From Waterburya sp. (GTDB taxonomy: Bacteria > Cyanobacteriota > Cyanobacteriia > Cyanobacteriales > Xenococcaceae): 64,000 nt of DNA. A program made the position numbers and the translations under genes. The stretch's first letter is position 1; every line of letters begins with the position of its first letter. The stretch spans positions 160,001 through 224,000 of the forward strand of contig CBDCJV010000002.1 in the NCBI GenBank assembly GCA_965217895.1. The letters run 5' to 3'. Of the stretch, positions 1 through 11,515 are shown piece after piece. A model generated the notes under the pieces. It was not told the DNA's origin. It saw only the letters and a list, made by a program, of their open reading frames with translations, and ran no database searches.

Positions 1-351
1 AATACTATAGGGAGCTTTTCCTGCTCGCAAAACGTGCTGATTGGTGATGACAGTATATTTTTGATCTTCTTGCAGCACAATAAAGCCAGAACCCAAAAAA
101 TCACCGCTCAAGATTTTGACGCTGATGCTTGCTGCATGGTGGCTAATTTCTTTTACTAACTCTTGATTCGTAGTGCTACCAACAATTTTGGTTTTTGACT
201 TAGAAACATCTCCAGATAAAAACATCCCAGTGCCAATTAAACAGATCGTTAATTTTATTAGCTGGGATGTGGATTGTAAGAAGTTAATGTTTGCAAGGAT
301 TGTTCTCCTAAAGCCTTTGTTTTCTGACCCTTGATTAGGTAGCCATTTCAT
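1..351 (-). CDS. Trypsin-like serine protease, N-terminal part (runs off window start)
   Basis: Manual translation from ATG at 351 is open to the edge: ...SVKILSGDFLGSGFIV...YTVITNQHVL, a GSGF/TNxHV trypsin-like motif; lies next to a COP23 gene. Confidence 0.75.
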   Translation of the reverse strand, partial: MKWLPNQGSENKGFRRTILANINFLQSTSQLIKLTICLIGTGMFLSGDVSKSKTKIVGSTTNQELVKEISHHAASISVKILSGDFLGSGFIVLQEDQKYTVITNQHVLRAGKAPYSI

Positions 352-387
352 TAACTAGTCTTGATAAGTTTACGCTTATCTATATTT

Positions 388-924
388 TTAATTGTTTACG
401 GGTACAGCGTCGAGAAATTTTGCCATATCTACATAAAACTCGCCGCCAGAGTAGAAACCAGGATCGTCTCCACTTAAAGTTAAAGTCTGTCCACTAACGC
501 TACGGCGGAAATCTACCAGTTGGACTAATACTCCTTCTGGATCTGTGCCTTGCTTTAAAGTTACTAAGACGTTTTCTTCAGGACAAGTACCGCCTCGAGT
601 ATTGGCTACGCAAAGTACAGGCATTTCGTTTACATCACCTGTACGAATAAACTTGAGATTGCCTTGATCTAAAAATCTTTGGAAACGCTGTGAAACAGCA
701 CCGCATCGGTTTTTAGGGGTCCATTCACCAGAAAAGCTATTTTGCCAGTTAATTAAGGATATTCTGCCTCTGGGGGTATTAACAAAGGTGGTCCAATCTC
801 CATTGAGTTGAGCGCAATAATAGGTATTGGTGTCTTTAGTTTGTGCTTTGGCTGGAGAGGCGATCGCGCCGCCAATAACAACGCCTAATCCAGCAAGTAT
901 GACCGCTAACGATTTAATTTTCAT
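388..924 (-). CDS. COP23 domain protein (secreted)
   Basis: Signal peptide; WTPKNRCGAVSQRFQ and PVLCVA motifs typical of COP23. Confidence 0.75.
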   Translation of the reverse strand: MKIKSLAVILAGLGVVIGGAIASPAKAQTKDTNTYYCAQLNGDWTTFVNTPRGRISLINWQNSFSGEWTPKNRCGAVSQRFQRFLDQGNLKFIRTGDVNEMPVLCVANTRGGTCPEENVLVTLKQGTDPEGVLVQLVDFRRSVSGQTLTLSGDDPGFYSGGEFYVDMAKFLDAVPVNN

Positions 925-1091
925 GGTAATTTTTGAGATAGATAGTATGAGCTATAGAAAGTAAGGATACGTTCAGTATTTATATCTAATATTAATGTAG
1001 CAGAGTTTGTTTCGTAAGAGTTTTTCACCTTGACAAATTATAAACTGCACACTATCTAAAACTGAATTAAGTACAATGTCAATAATCGAAA

Positions 1092-2138
1092 CTAGATTAA
1101 TGCCTTGTCGCCTAAAATAGCTTGTTCTATTAAATCCCGCTTTAAGTTATGTCCAATCAGCACTAAGCGAGTTTGTCTGGGTTCATCGGCTGCCCATGGG
1201 CGATCGTAAAATGTATCAAAACGATTGCCTACTCCCTGCAACACCAAGCGCATTGACTTATTTGGCACATTGATAAATCCCTTAACGCGATAGATCTCTT
1301 GTTCTTGCAGCAATTGCTTGAGTTGTTTAGTTAAAGTTTCAGGCTCAAAGGCTTGTTCTGATATTAGTTCGATGGAGTTAATATCATCGTCGTGTTCATG
1401 TTCTGCTTCATGATCGTGATGGGAATGACGGCTATCTAAGTGATCTTCCACCGCAGCATTAAACCCTAATAAAAGATCGGGATCGATTTCTCCTTTGCTT
1501 ACAGTGACTATTTTTACCCCAGGCTGTAATTCTTGTTTTAGCCAAGCTTTGATTTTGCTCAATTTATCTTCATCAACCAAATCAGTTTTAGTCAGCAACA
1601 CCATGTCGGCACAGGCTAGCTGATCTTCAAAAAGCTCTTCAATTGGCGTTTCGTGTTCTAAATTAGGATCTGCCTGTCTTTGAGATTCTAAAGCGTCAAT
1701 ATCTCCTACTAAGTTACCTGTTGCCAAAGCATTGCAGTCTACCACGGTGACTACTCCGTCTACGGTAGCACTGTTGCGAATCGCGGGCCAACGAAATGCT
1801 TGAATTAAAGGCTTGGGCAAAGCCAATCCCGAAGTTTCAATCAAAAGACAGTCAATTTGATCGCGACGCTTCAGCAATTCCTGCATAACTGGATAAAATT
1901 CTTCCTGCACGGTGCAGCATAAACAACCATTGGTAAGTTCAACAATGTTGCGATCGCCATCTTCTTCATCACAAACTTGACACGATCGCAATAAATCACC
2001 ATCAATACCTACTTCGCCAAATTCATTAACTAGAACGGCAATGCGCCTTCCTTGGTTGTTTTGCAGTAGATGACGCACCAAAGTAGTTTTACCTGCGCCT
2101 AAAAAGCCTGAAATTACGGTAACGGGAATTTTGTGCAT
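1092..2138 (-). CDS. cobW: Cobalamin biosynthesis GTPase CobW
   Basis: GFLGAGKTT P-loop, GCLCCTVQEEF, ETSGLALPKPL, His-rich stretch. Confidence 0.93.
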   Translation of the reverse strand: MHKIPVTVISGFLGAGKTTLVRHLLQNNQGRRIAVLVNEFGEVGIDGDLLRSCQVCDEEDGDRNIVELTNGCLCCTVQEEFYPVMQELLKRRDQIDCLLIETSGLALPKPLIQAFRWPAIRNSATVDGVVTVVDCNALATGNLVGDIDALESQRQADPNLEHETPIEELFEDQLACADMVLLTKTDLVDEDKLSKIKAWLKQELQPGVKIVTVSKGEIDPDLLLGFNAAVEDHLDSRHSHHDHEAEHEHDDDINSIELISEQAFEPETLTKQLKQLLQEQEIYRVKGFINVPNKSMRLVLQGVGNRFDTFYDRPWAADEPRQTRLVLIGHNLKRDLIEQAILGDKALI

Positions 2139-2200
2139 GATTATTAAAATCTGATAAATAGTTAACTAGATAGAAAAAGCGATCGCTTTTTCTATTTATG

Positions 2201-3124
2201 TTATAAAAATGGCTTCCAGCTTTTACCCCGATGACCGAAATCAAATAATTGGGGATGGAAAATTTCTGCTAGAATTTCTGCCGAATCGATTAGCCGAGGC
2301 CCAGGACGATTGAAGTAGGCATTGCCGTCAACAACAAAAACTTTGCCATTTTTAACTGCCTTCAAACTCTTCCAGCCTGGGTGTTGGGTTAAAACTTGAG
2401 ATTCTTTTTCGGTACGTTCTAAATCGAAACCACAAGGCATTATAACAATAATCTCTGGCTCGATCTCGATTAAACTTTCCCAGAATAGGTAAGGGGAATG
2501 TTCGCCTTTGACACTCAAAAGCGGTCTGCCTCCAGCAATTTCAATTAGTTCGGGAATCCAGTTTCCCCCGACCATCAGCGGTTCAGTCCACTCTAGAGCA
2601 ATAACAGTGGGTTTTTCGTTGTCTTTAATTTTATTGGCGATCGCATCGAGACGAGACTGTAACTTATTTAAAACTAGTTGAGCTTCAACTCCCAGAGTTT
2701 GTGCTACTCGTTCGATATCTGTCCAGACTTGGTGTAATAAATTTGGCTGTAAAGAAATAACTTGAGGATGGGAATTAATTAGTTGAGCGATCGCACGCTC
2801 GACTTCAGGTAAATTAACCGCACAGACATCACATTGGTCTTGAGTCACGATCTGAGTTGGTTGAAGCTGTTCTAAGACTTCTGTTTTAATTTTGTAAATA
2901 CTTAGAGCTTGTTGCATCAGACTCTGAACGTCCGCATCAATTTCACCGCTTTTTTTACTACTATCGAGTCTGGCTTCGGTACAAACGGGCAAATCTTTAA
3001 CTTGGGGAGGGTAATCGCATTCGTGAGAGCGTCCTACTAAAGCCTCGGTCAAACCCAGACAGTCAATAATCTCCGTAGCCGAAGGAAGTAAAGAAACAAT
3101 TTTAAGATTAGCTGTGTCGCTCAT
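2201..3124 (-). CDS. Cobalamin/Fe-siderophore ABC substrate-binding protein (BtuF-like)
   Basis: IVSLLPSATEI, GRSHECDYP, YFNRPGPRL motifs. Confidence 0.85.
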   Translation of the reverse strand: MSDTANLKIVSLLPSATEIIDCLGLTEALVGRSHECDYPPQVKDLPVCTEARLDSSKKSGEIDADVQSLMQQALSIYKIKTEVLEQLQPTQIVTQDQCDVCAVNLPEVERAIAQLINSHPQVISLQPNLLHQVWTDIERVAQTLGVEAQLVLNKLQSRLDAIANKIKDNEKPTVIALEWTEPLMVGGNWIPELIEIAGGRPLLSVKGEHSPYLFWESLIEIEPEIIVIMPCGFDLERTEKESQVLTQHPGWKSLKAVKNGKVFVVDGNAYFNRPGPRLIDSAEILAEIFHPQLFDFGHRGKSWKPFL

Positions 3125-3332
3125 AAGAAATTGTCATTATGGGGTTAAATAGCTTATACCATTATTCTAAGAGCCATAACCATTATGGGAATTTATCAAA
3201 AGTGCGATCTGAATAATATTAGTCGTGTAATTGCGATCGCCATTTTATTATGTTTCCCATTTGAAATAAATATATAAAGGCGAACTATTACTCTATTGTT
3301 CACCTTTGCCTGACAATTATTTATTGCCCATA

Positions 3333-3872
3333 TTATTTTTTTAGCTTAACTGTATAATCCAACAAACTTTGAGCGAAATCATCAAATCTTTCTGCTAGTT
3401 TGGCATCTTTTAATTTGCCTTGGGGGTCAAAAGCTTGCCATGCTTGTCCCACTGCAATCTGTTCGGGGATAACAAAGCCATGTACCCAGCGAACAATAAT
3501 TCTTAGGTCATTTAGAGCGTTACTGTTAGATTGTCCTCCCAAGACGCTGATTGCTCCCGTTACTTTGCCTGATAAATGCTCAAAGCTCATTAAATCTAGG
3601 GCGTTTTTCAAAACTCCACTAACGCTACCATGATATTCAGGAGTTGCCAAAATCAATCCATCCGCAGCTTTTACTTTGTCTTGCAGCACATCTACATCTG
3701 GATAGTCTGGATATTCGTTACCACCATCACAAAAAGGTAATTTCATTTCTCTAAGATCGAGTATGTCTACTTCTGCGCCTAAAGCCTCAACTCGATCTGC
3801 TGCTTGCTGCAATGCCAATGCACTATAAGAATCAGTGCGAAGACTACCTATGATACCAACAATCTTTACCAT
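3333..3872 (-). CDS. NADPH-dependent FMN reductase
   Basis: GSLRxxSYS and TPEYHGSVSGVLKNALD motifs. Confidence 0.9.
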   Translation of the reverse strand: MVKIVGIIGSLRTDSYSALALQQAADRVEALGAEVDILDLREMKLPFCDGGNEYPDYPDVDVLQDKVKAADGLILATPEYHGSVSGVLKNALDLMSFEHLSGKVTGAISVLGGQSNSNALNDLRIIVRWVHGFVIPEQIAVGQAWQAFDPQGKLKDAKLAERFDDFAQSLLDYTVKLKK

Positions 3873-3969
3873 ATTTCGCTAACTCGTACTCATTATGATT
3901 ATGTATAAGCTAACAAAAAATTTCTCTATATGGCAAATAACGTAAATTTCATGGTTTAATAGCTCTAGG

Positions 3970-4542
3970 CTATAAGCTTTTAAGATAAGCTCGCGCCATA
4001 TAAAAACAGGCAATGGTTTTTCCATCTATAGGTTTTCCCGCTAAGATAGCTTGTTCCAATTCTTCTTCCGTCATTAACACTACCTCTATATCTTCATCTT
4101 CGTCTTGCTGAGGTGGTGTTTCTAGCTTTTCTAAATCCTGCGCTAAAAAAGCATAAATGTATTCATCAGAATATCCAGGGGCAAGAATAAATTTGCCCAT
4201 ATCTTGCCACTTGCTAGCTCGATATCCAGTCTCTTCTTCTATTTCTCGTTTGATTGTCTCAAATGGAGACTCGTTAGCTTCTACTGTCCCCGCGGGAAAT
4301 TCTAATAGTCTGCCATTAACGGTAAAGCGATATTGTTTGACCAGAACAAACTTACCATCTGAAGTCACAGGCACGGCTAAAGCTCCTCCAGGATGACGGA
4401 TACATTCCCATTCTCCCTCAACGCCATTAGGTAAACGCAATTTGATTACCTCGTAGTCAAATTTACGACCTTTATAAAAAAGTTTTTGTTCTAGAATTTC
4501 TGGTGGTTCGTTACCTACAGACATAATTACGTCTTGTGCCAA
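3970..4542 (-). CDS. NUDIX hydrolase (ADP-ribose pyrophosphatase-like)
   Basis: Nudix box EFPAGTVE...REIEEETGY. Confidence 0.9.
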   Translation of the reverse strand: MAQDVIMSVGNEPPEILEQKLFYKGRKFDYEVIKLRLPNGVEGEWECIRHPGGALAVPVTSDGKFVLVKQYRFTVNGRLLEFPAGTVEANESPFETIKREIEEETGYRASKWQDMGKFILAPGYSDEYIYAFLAQDLEKLETPPQQDEDEDIEVVLMTEEELEQAILAGKPIDGKTIACFYMARAYLKSL

Positions 4543-4637
4543 TTTTTTTTGTTCATATTAACTGTATCAAGCTTTTAGTTTTTAGCTTTTAGCTTTTAGC
4601 CTAAGAATTAACTAATTTACTATTATCTAGTCTTAGA

Positions 4638-5366
4638 CTAATCAGGTTCATGAAGTAAAAAATCAGCTAGTCCTAAATATCTAATTCCTTGCGGGATAAT
4701 TTCAAAACGGCAGGGCAAAACTTCAACTCCTTGGATTACAGCTTCACGGAGTAATTCACCATATAGAGGATCGCAGCGATCGCTGGGAGCAAAAACATCA
4801 CAGTCACTACGATTAATAAAATATAGCATTACTGGTTTTGCTTGGCTTACTAAAGCAGTCAATTCTTTTAGGTGCTTTTGTCCGCGAAGGGTAACTGTAT
4901 CGGGAAATAAGGCTACATTATCGGTACTTAGGGTAACGCTTTTAACTTCGAGATATATTGGTAGTTGCGTATCTTCTCCCGTCAGTAAAAAATCAACTCG
5001 ACTTTTTTTATCCTTACCATAGGGAACTTCTGAACGCACGTAACTATATCTAGATGCTAATTCGGGAAACAGTTTTTGCTCTAAAGCAAGTTTAATCACC
5101 CGATTGGGCATTGCTGTGTTGACTCCTACCCAAGCAGAGTTTACCGCAATCATTTCCCAGGTATAGGCTAGCTTGCGTTTAGGGTTATTATTTTTAGAGA
5201 CCTGGACTAAACTTCCTGGGGTACAGTTACCCGTCATCGGACCGGTATTGGGACAATGAGCCGTAATTATTTCCCCTGTGGCCAACTCAATATCGGCAAG
5301 GAATCTTTTGTAGCGTTTGATTAGTTTGCCTGGAAGAAGAGGAGAATATTGATATATTAGGCTCAT
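4638..5366 (-). CDS. sfsA: DNA/RNA nuclease SfsA
   Basis: RYKRFLAD, HCPNTGPM, EVKS, FPDTVTLRGQKHL. Confidence 0.93.
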   Translation of the reverse strand: MSLIYQYSPLLPGKLIKRYKRFLADIELATGEIITAHCPNTGPMTGNCTPGSLVQVSKNNNPKRKLAYTWEMIAVNSAWVGVNTAMPNRVIKLALEQKLFPELASRYSYVRSEVPYGKDKKSRVDFLLTGEDTQLPIYLEVKSVTLSTDNVALFPDTVTLRGQKHLKELTALVSQAKPVMLYFINRSDCDVFAPSDRCDPLYGELLREAVIQGVEVLPCRFEIIPQGIRYLGLADFLLHEPD

Positions 5367-5500
5367 GCTTAATTATTAAACAAATATGAAGCTAATTTTA
5401 TCAGTATTTATATAATCTATTTAATATCTCGATCAAAAAGAAGATCTTTTGTTCGAGTAGGATAAAGTCATAGTAATAAAGATAGTATCAGCACTGATTC

Positions 5501-8122
5501 ATGCCCTCTGACAAGCATAATAAAACAGACAGAAACATCATTACCGACTGCCGTAACATTGATAAATCAAAGCTTTCACCGATGTATCAACACTATGTTG
5601 AAGTGAAAGAAAAGTATCCCAATGCTCTATTACTGTATCGAGTTGGAGATTTTTTTGAATGCTTTTTTCAGGATGCTGTCACCATTGCCAGAGAATTAGA
5701 GCTAGTTCAAACCAGCAAGGAAGGGGGAAAAGAATTAGGAAGAGTGGCAATGACAGGAGTACCCCATCATGCCTTGGAACGTTATAGTACGATGCTGGTG
5801 GAAAAAGGTTATGCGGTGGCAATTTGCGATCAGGTAGAGGATGCTGCTACTGCTACTGCGGAAAAACGCAACTTGGTAAAAAGAGAAATTCAAAAGCTGC
5901 TTACTCCTGGTACTTTAACCGATGATGGAATGTTGCAGGCGCGTCAAAATAATTTTCTGGCTGCCATCGTCGTTGCAGGAGAACATTGGGGTTTGGCTTA
6001 TGCAGATATCTCTACGGGAGAGTTTTCTACTAGCCAATCTAACGAATTGAGTTCTTTAACCTTAGAATTACTGCGTTTACAGCCATCAGAAGTATTATTA
6101 CCCACTAATGCCCCAGATGTTAGTGGTTTACTGCGTCCAGGAGAGAAATCTGAGTATTTAGCTGATTATTTGCCCGATAGCTTTTGTTATTCATTGCGAC
6201 CGCAACAGCCGTTTACTTTAGTTGAAGCTAGCCAAAGACTCAAAAATACATTTGGAGTAAGCTCGTTAGAAGGTATGGGTTGCGCCAATATGCCTTTGGG
6301 AGTTAGGGCAGCAGGAGGTTTATTGGAATATGTTGAGGATACCCAACAAGCCTATCAAGTGACCTTGCAACCTCTTCGCACCTATAGTTTGGCAGATTAT
6401 TTAATCTTAGATCATCAAACTCGCCGTAATTTAGAGATTACCCAAACAATTAGAGACGGAACGTTTCACGGTTCTTTATTATGGGCATTAGATCGTACCA
6501 ATACAGCAATGGGTGGTAGGGCGTTACGCCGTTGGATACTGCAACCCTTGATTGATATTAAAGGCATTGGCGCAAGACAGGATACGATTAAAGAACTGGT
6601 GGAAAATACTTCTATGCGCCAGGATTTACGCTCGATGCTGCGTAAAATATACGATATTGAAAGATTATCGGGTAGAGTAGGTTCTGGTACGGCAAATGCA
6701 CGGGATTTGCTGGCTTTATCTGAATCACTGATTAAATTAAGCGATTTATCGGCGATCGCCTCTTTTGGTTTTTCTCCTTATCTCAAAGCCTTACATAAAA
6801 TTCCTCCAGAGTTGGAACAGCTAGGGGCATATGTAGTCGAGCGTTTAGTTGAGTCTCCACCTCAACATCTTAAGGAGGGAGGAATTATCAAAGACGGTAT
6901 CGATTCCCGACTAGATGAAATTCGCCAAAGACTAGAAGATGATAAACAATGGTTAACAAACCTGGAAGTAACCGAAAGAGAACGGGTAGGTGTAGCTAAT
7001 ATCAAGGTGGGCTACAACAAAACCTTCGGCTATTACATTAGTATGCCGCGTTCTAAAGCTAGCCAAGCCCCAGATAACTATCAGCGCAAACAAACATTAA
7101 CTAATGAAGAAAGATATATTACTTCAGAGCTAAAAGAGCGGGAAACAAGAATATTAACGGCAAAAGATGACTTAAATAATCTCGAATACGATATATTTAC
7201 TGAATTAAGAGCTACCGTTGCCGAAAAAGCGCAAGAAATCCGCAGTATCTCCAAAGCCGTAGCAGCGATCGATGTTTTGGCAGGTTTAGCCGAAGTTGCT
7301 GTTTATCAAAACTACTGTTGTCCAGAAATGGTTGATGGACGAGAAATTAATATTATAGAAGGTAGACATCCTGTGGTTGAGCAATCTTTAGGAGAAGGCT
7401 TTTTTGTACCTAATTCGGCTCAAATGGGGGCAGAGTATCCAGATTTAATTATCTTAACTGGCCCAAATGCTAGTGGTAAAAGTTGTTATATACGACAAAT
7501 AGGCTTGATTCAGCTAATTGCCCAAATTGGTAGTTATATTCCCGCTACAGAGGCTAAATTAGCAATATGCGATCGCATTTTTACTCGTGTCGGTGCAGTA
7601 GACGATCTCGCTACAGGACAATCTACCTTTATGGTAGAGATGAACGAAACTGCTAATATTCTTAATCACGCTACACCCAAATCTTTAATTTTGCTCGATG
7701 AGATCGGCAGAGGGACAGCCACTTTTGACGGGCTTTCCATTGCTTGGGCGGTAGCTGAATACTTAGCCACAGAAATCCAGGGAAGAACGATATTTGCTAC
7801 TCACTACCACGAGTTAAATGAATTAGCTTCTATTTTGACTAATGTAGCTAACTACCAGGTAACGGTCAAAGAAATGGCTGATAAGATTATCTTTCTCCAT
7901 CAAGTATGTGCGGGTGGTGCTAGCAAATCCTACGGTATTGAAGCAGGAAGATTAGCAGGTTTACCTTCTTCCGTAATTAATAGAGCCAGACAGGTTATGG
8001 GTCAAATCGAGAAGCATAGTAAAATTGCTCTAGGTTTACGTAAAGGCATTGAACAGATACAACCTAAAAAAGATGCTGAAGGCAATACAATGGAACAGCT
8101 AGATATTTTTGAGGGTGAGTAA
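5501..8122 (+). CDS. mutS: DNA mismatch repair protein MutS
   Basis: [10 protein letters not shown] mismatch motif, [31 protein letters not shown]. Confidence 0.97.
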   Translation: MPSDKHNKTDRNIITDCRNIDKSKLSPMYQHYVEVKEKYPNALLLYRVGDFFECFFQDAVTIARELELVQTSKEGGKELGRVAMTGVPHHALERYSTMLVEKGYAVAICDQVEDAATATAEKRNLVKREIQKLLTPGTLTDDGMLQARQNNFLAAIVVAGEHWGLAYADISTGEFSTSQSNELSSLTLELLRLQPSEVLLPTNAPDVSGLLRPGEKSEYLADYLPDSFCYSLRPQQPFTLVEASQRLKNTFGVSSLEGMGCANMPLGVRAAGGLLEYVEDTQQAYQVTLQPLRTYSLADYLILDHQTRRNLEITQTIRDGTFHGSLLWALDRTNTAMGGRALRRWILQPLIDIKGIGARQDTIKELVENTSMRQDLRSMLRKIYDIERLSGRVGSGTANARDLLALSESLIKLSDLSAIASFGFSPYLKALHKIPPELEQLGAYVVERLVESPPQHLKEGGIIKDGIDSRLDEIRQRLEDDKQWLTNLEVTERERVGVANIKVGYNKTFGYYISMPRSKASQAPDNYQRKQTLTNEERYITSELKERETRILTAKDDLNNLEYDIFTELRATVAEKAQEIRSISKAVAAIDVLAGLAEVAVYQNYCCPEMVDGREINIIEGRHPVVEQSLGEGFFVPNSAQMGAEYPDLIILTGPNASGKSCYIRQIGLIQLIAQIGSYIPATEAKLAICDRIFTRVGAVDDLATGQSTFMVEMNETANILNHATPKSLILLDEIGRGTATFDGLSIAWAVAEYLATEIQGRTIFATHYHELNELASILTNVANYQVTVKEMADKIIFLHQVCAGGASKSYGIEAGRLAGLPSSVINRARQVMGQIEKHSKIALGLRKGIEQIQPKKDAEGNTMEQLDIFEGE

Positions 8123-8316
8123 TTTATTCCCTTAAGATCGTATTTACACAATGGTAGAGACTGCAATTAATCTTGAACCTCTTTTACTCCCTGAATGAAC
8201 CAAATTTCGATAATTCAACAAAAATGGCGATCGCATTATTTCGATTTTCTCAAACCGCCCAATCTTTACAAATTCGCTTTCCATCTAGAATGAAATAAAA
8301 CCATATATGTACAAAT

Positions 8317-8583
8317 ATGGAGTTTGAGTTTGACGAAAATAAAAGTCAGTCTAACAAGATGAAGCACGGAATCGACTTTGTAGAGGCGCAAGTCCTTTGG
8401 AAAGATCTGTATCGCCTTGAGTTTCCAGTATTTACGTCATATGAATCGCGTGTGGTGCTTATCGGCAGAATTGGAGTAAAAATATGGGCAGCAGTCATAA
8501 CCTATCGAGGGCAAAATATCAGAATAATTTCAGTACGAAGGGCGCGAAAAAAAGAGGTAGAAATTTATGAAGAACTTTATTGA
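8317..8583 (+). CDS. BrnT family toxin
   Basis: FEFDENKSQSNKMKHGIDF and IRIISVRRA motifs. Confidence 0.88.
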   Translation: MEFEFDENKSQSNKMKHGIDFVEAQVLWKDLYRLEFPVFTSYESRVVLIGRIGVKIWAAVITYRGQNIRIISVRRARKKEVEIYEELY

Positions 8584-8812
8584 GGCAGAAGATTTCGATA
8601 AAAAATTCGATGACGGTAAAGAAGATATCATTGAGTATCTGGATTTTGCACAGATGAAACAACCTGGCAACGATCGCAAACAAGTTAATGTTAGTTTTCC
8701 ACTCTGGATGGTTGAAGCTCTCCAAGTTGAGGCGCATCGCCTGGGAATATCTTATCAGTCGCTGATTAACGTGTGGATCGCTGAACGGTTAGATCGCGTT
8801 GCCAAGAAATAG
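8567..8812 (+). CDS. CopG/BrnA-type antitoxin
   Basis: Overlaps toxin; FDKKFDDG and VNVSFPLWM...LGISYQSLINVWIAERL ribbon-helix-helix. Confidence 0.8.
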   Translation: MKNFIEAEDFDKKFDDGKEDIIEYLDFAQMKQPGNDRKQVNVSFPLWMVEALQVEAHRLGISYQSLINVWIAERLDRVAKK

Positions 8813-8931
8813 TAGGATTTTGCTGACCATAACTAGTACTGAGCGATTAAATGCCATGTGTGCCATAAATTATCCGCAAAATAGATGAACTATTGTTGTC
8901 CTGCGATCGCAAATAATAAAATAAAAACATT

Positions 8932-9124
8932 TCCTACGGTATTGAAGCAGGAAGACTCGCTAGTTTACCTTTTTCGGTAATTATCTCGGACAAAACAGGT
9001 AATGGGTCAAATCGAGAAGCATAGCAAAATTGCTTTAGGTTTACGTAAAGGCATTGAACAAATGCAGCCTCAAAAAAATGACGATGGCAATACAATAGAA
9101 CAGCTAGATATCTTTGAAGATTAA
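8932..9124 (+). pseudogene. mutS: Degenerate duplicate of mutS 3' end
   Basis: Aligns by eye with 7928-8122 (TCCTACGGTATTGAAGCAGGAAGA...GAACAGCTAGATAT), with substitutions and indels. Confidence 0.85.
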
Positions 9125-9180
9125 AAACTTAGTTATTACAGCAGTTAAAAAAGTTTAATGTAATCACATCGATCTAAATA

Positions 9181-10279
9181 ACCTGAGTTCGGGTTAGGCA
9201 GATTGAGGTAAAAGCCAATCAAGACGCAGACTAGGTTTTTTTGGTTGATGACAATAAGCGATTAATCCACAGAGAACATTGACGCAAAAATTGACTGGCG
9301 ATGCCTTCGGCTAGCTTCGCAATCGATGACGAGAATGTTCGATCTGAGAAATATTTTTCAGTTGGTCATTAATAGTTTCAATAATAGAGCGTTGACGGGA
9401 AAGAAGTTTGTCATGAAGACGCATCAGCTTGTTCTTCGTGTTACGCCGAGGTTTAGCAAAAAACTGAATCCCAAATTCTTCTAGTAATTGATTAGCGAGC
9501 TTTTGGGAGACATAGCCACGAGCTGCGAAAAATTTACCAAAAAGACCTTTGAGTAATAGATGCGGACAAGTCCTTTCTGGAATAGGGCGACGATCATCTA
9601 CATTGCCAGGAGTTAATTGAGCATTTAATAATTGACCAACTTCATTAACAATTAGATGAAGTTTGAAACCAAAAAACCAATCGACTGATGTTTTGCCACG
9701 AGCAGCTAAACCGTCAAAGACTTTATGCCGTTTGATTCGGCGATTGTGACGGTGGGGAAACCCCAGCATACCCCACCGTCACAATCGCCGTGTTGACAAA
9801 CTTTGAGGCTAGTCGCATCAACAAAGCCAATACCTGTCGGGCTTCCAAAACAATGTTTGAGATAGACACATAAGGGAACGAGAGTTGAAGGAGTCCATTC
9901 GACAAACCTTTGATAGCTAGGAAGTCCTGGAAAAGCCGTATTCCAATGCTGTTTTACATAGTCGAGATAGAAATGCTTGAAATTGCGAGTCAGCGCGTTG
10001 CGGGTCTGTGACCCGTTGTAGCGACTGATGAGGGTACGATAATGATTCTGATGAAAGGCAATTAAAATTGTCATAATCTCGCTCAGACAGAGACTTTTTG
10101 CCCTAACTCTTTTAATTCCTCCATGATGTAACAATCTTGCTTTCCATTGAGGCTCAAAATGATGACAAAAATCATCTACATCACAAAACAAAGCGTCTAG
10201 ACTAAACATAGGGCAGGTTACTGAATTTGTTGCTATTTTCAGCTTACTACCTGTCCCTTTCCTTATCCCGAACTCAGGT
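9181..10279 (-). mobile_element. IS982-family element, copy 1 (divergent, transposase frameshifted)
   Basis: TIRs ACCTGAGTTCGGG/CCCGAACTCAGGT; 6-bp TSD TAAATA at 9175-9180 and 10280-10285; Tpase pieces 9706-10209 and 9311-9769; ADRGY reads AARGY. Confidence 0.92.
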
Positions 10280-10317
10280 TAAATACTTTAAAACTCGCTC
10301 TAATACTTACGTTGATG

Positions 10318-11231
10318 CTACTTTAATTCGATGTCTACCCCAGGTAAATCATCTAATCGTTCCTCAGCTTGAACTTCTTCTTCCAGAGGAACAAAAACGC
10401 TCAAACTCCCAGGAATACATCTCACTTCAATTGGTGGTTTTGCCAATAATTTCCCCATCTAAAACCACTCTTTGAGGAGGATCTGTAGTCACTTTTACCC
10501 ATTCAGAACGCAGATAGCCTACACCTTCTCTTTCTGCTGCCTCTTCATTAGCAGCACTTTGCAATAAATGAAGGGAAGTGGCGATCGCTCCTGCTTTTGT
10601 TTGAGGAGCAAGAATTGTAATGTCTAATAGTCCATCATCAAAAATGACTTTTGCTGTACCCTGAGCCAATACTGAAGAAGGAGGCGCAGCATTAGCAATG
10701 GTAACGGCACTAGCATCAACCGTAATCACCTTATCTTCCGTTTCAATTTCGGCGGTAAATGTCTTGAAATCCTGTAATTGTTTTAAGCCAGATAAGATAT
10801 ATGCCAGCATACCAAAGCGATCCTTAGCCTCGCGATCGGCATCCTTTACTGTTTCGGCTTCAAAGCCAATTCCTGCTAGCAAAATCATCGGTTTATCGTT
10901 ACACATTGCTGCATCAATAGTAGTGGGAATGCCGATCGCATTGGCAAAAGCATTAGCTGTTCCTCTAGATATGATACCTAAGGTAATATCTGTTTCAATT
11001 AAAGCTTCAGTGACCGCAGAAACCGTACCATCACCACCAGAGGCAATAATTACTTGAGCATTGTTTTTAACCGCTTGACGGGCTAGTTTTCCTGCATCAA
11101 CTTCTTTGCTAGTAAATTGGATGTCTAAAGTCATCTCTGGCTCTAAACAGGCTTTAATTGTGGCTAAGTCTTGTTCTGAATCTCTTTGACCAGAAACAGG
11201 ATTAAAAATTTAGACAGGCTGTACGACTCAT
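10318..11231 (-). pseudogene. YegS/diacylglycerol kinase family lipid kinase, disrupted
   Basis: ASGGDGT and GTANAFA motifs; frameshift just after MSRTACL, apparent internal deletion at IDAA|MCNDKPM, frameshift after GEIIGKT. Confidence 0.75.
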
Positions 11232-11515
11232 ATTGTTGATTTTGGATGTTGCCAAAGTATGTAACTATCGATCATAAATTAATCTGAAGAAACTTAATTC
11301 TCTCTTTTTAGGTAAGTGCAATGAGAGTTGTGTAGCAAAAAACAGAAAAGAAAAGGCGTTTAAATACCCATCCTACTAGCTTACTAGTTTTGTATCTTTA
11401 TAATCTTAAGCTGTTCAACACTATCTTAAGGATGATGAATTTAAACTAAGTTTGTGTTGTTATTGAGGCAATGGTGGTCTAAGTCTAAAATTTCGTCGTT
11501 CAATTTAGTAAAAAA

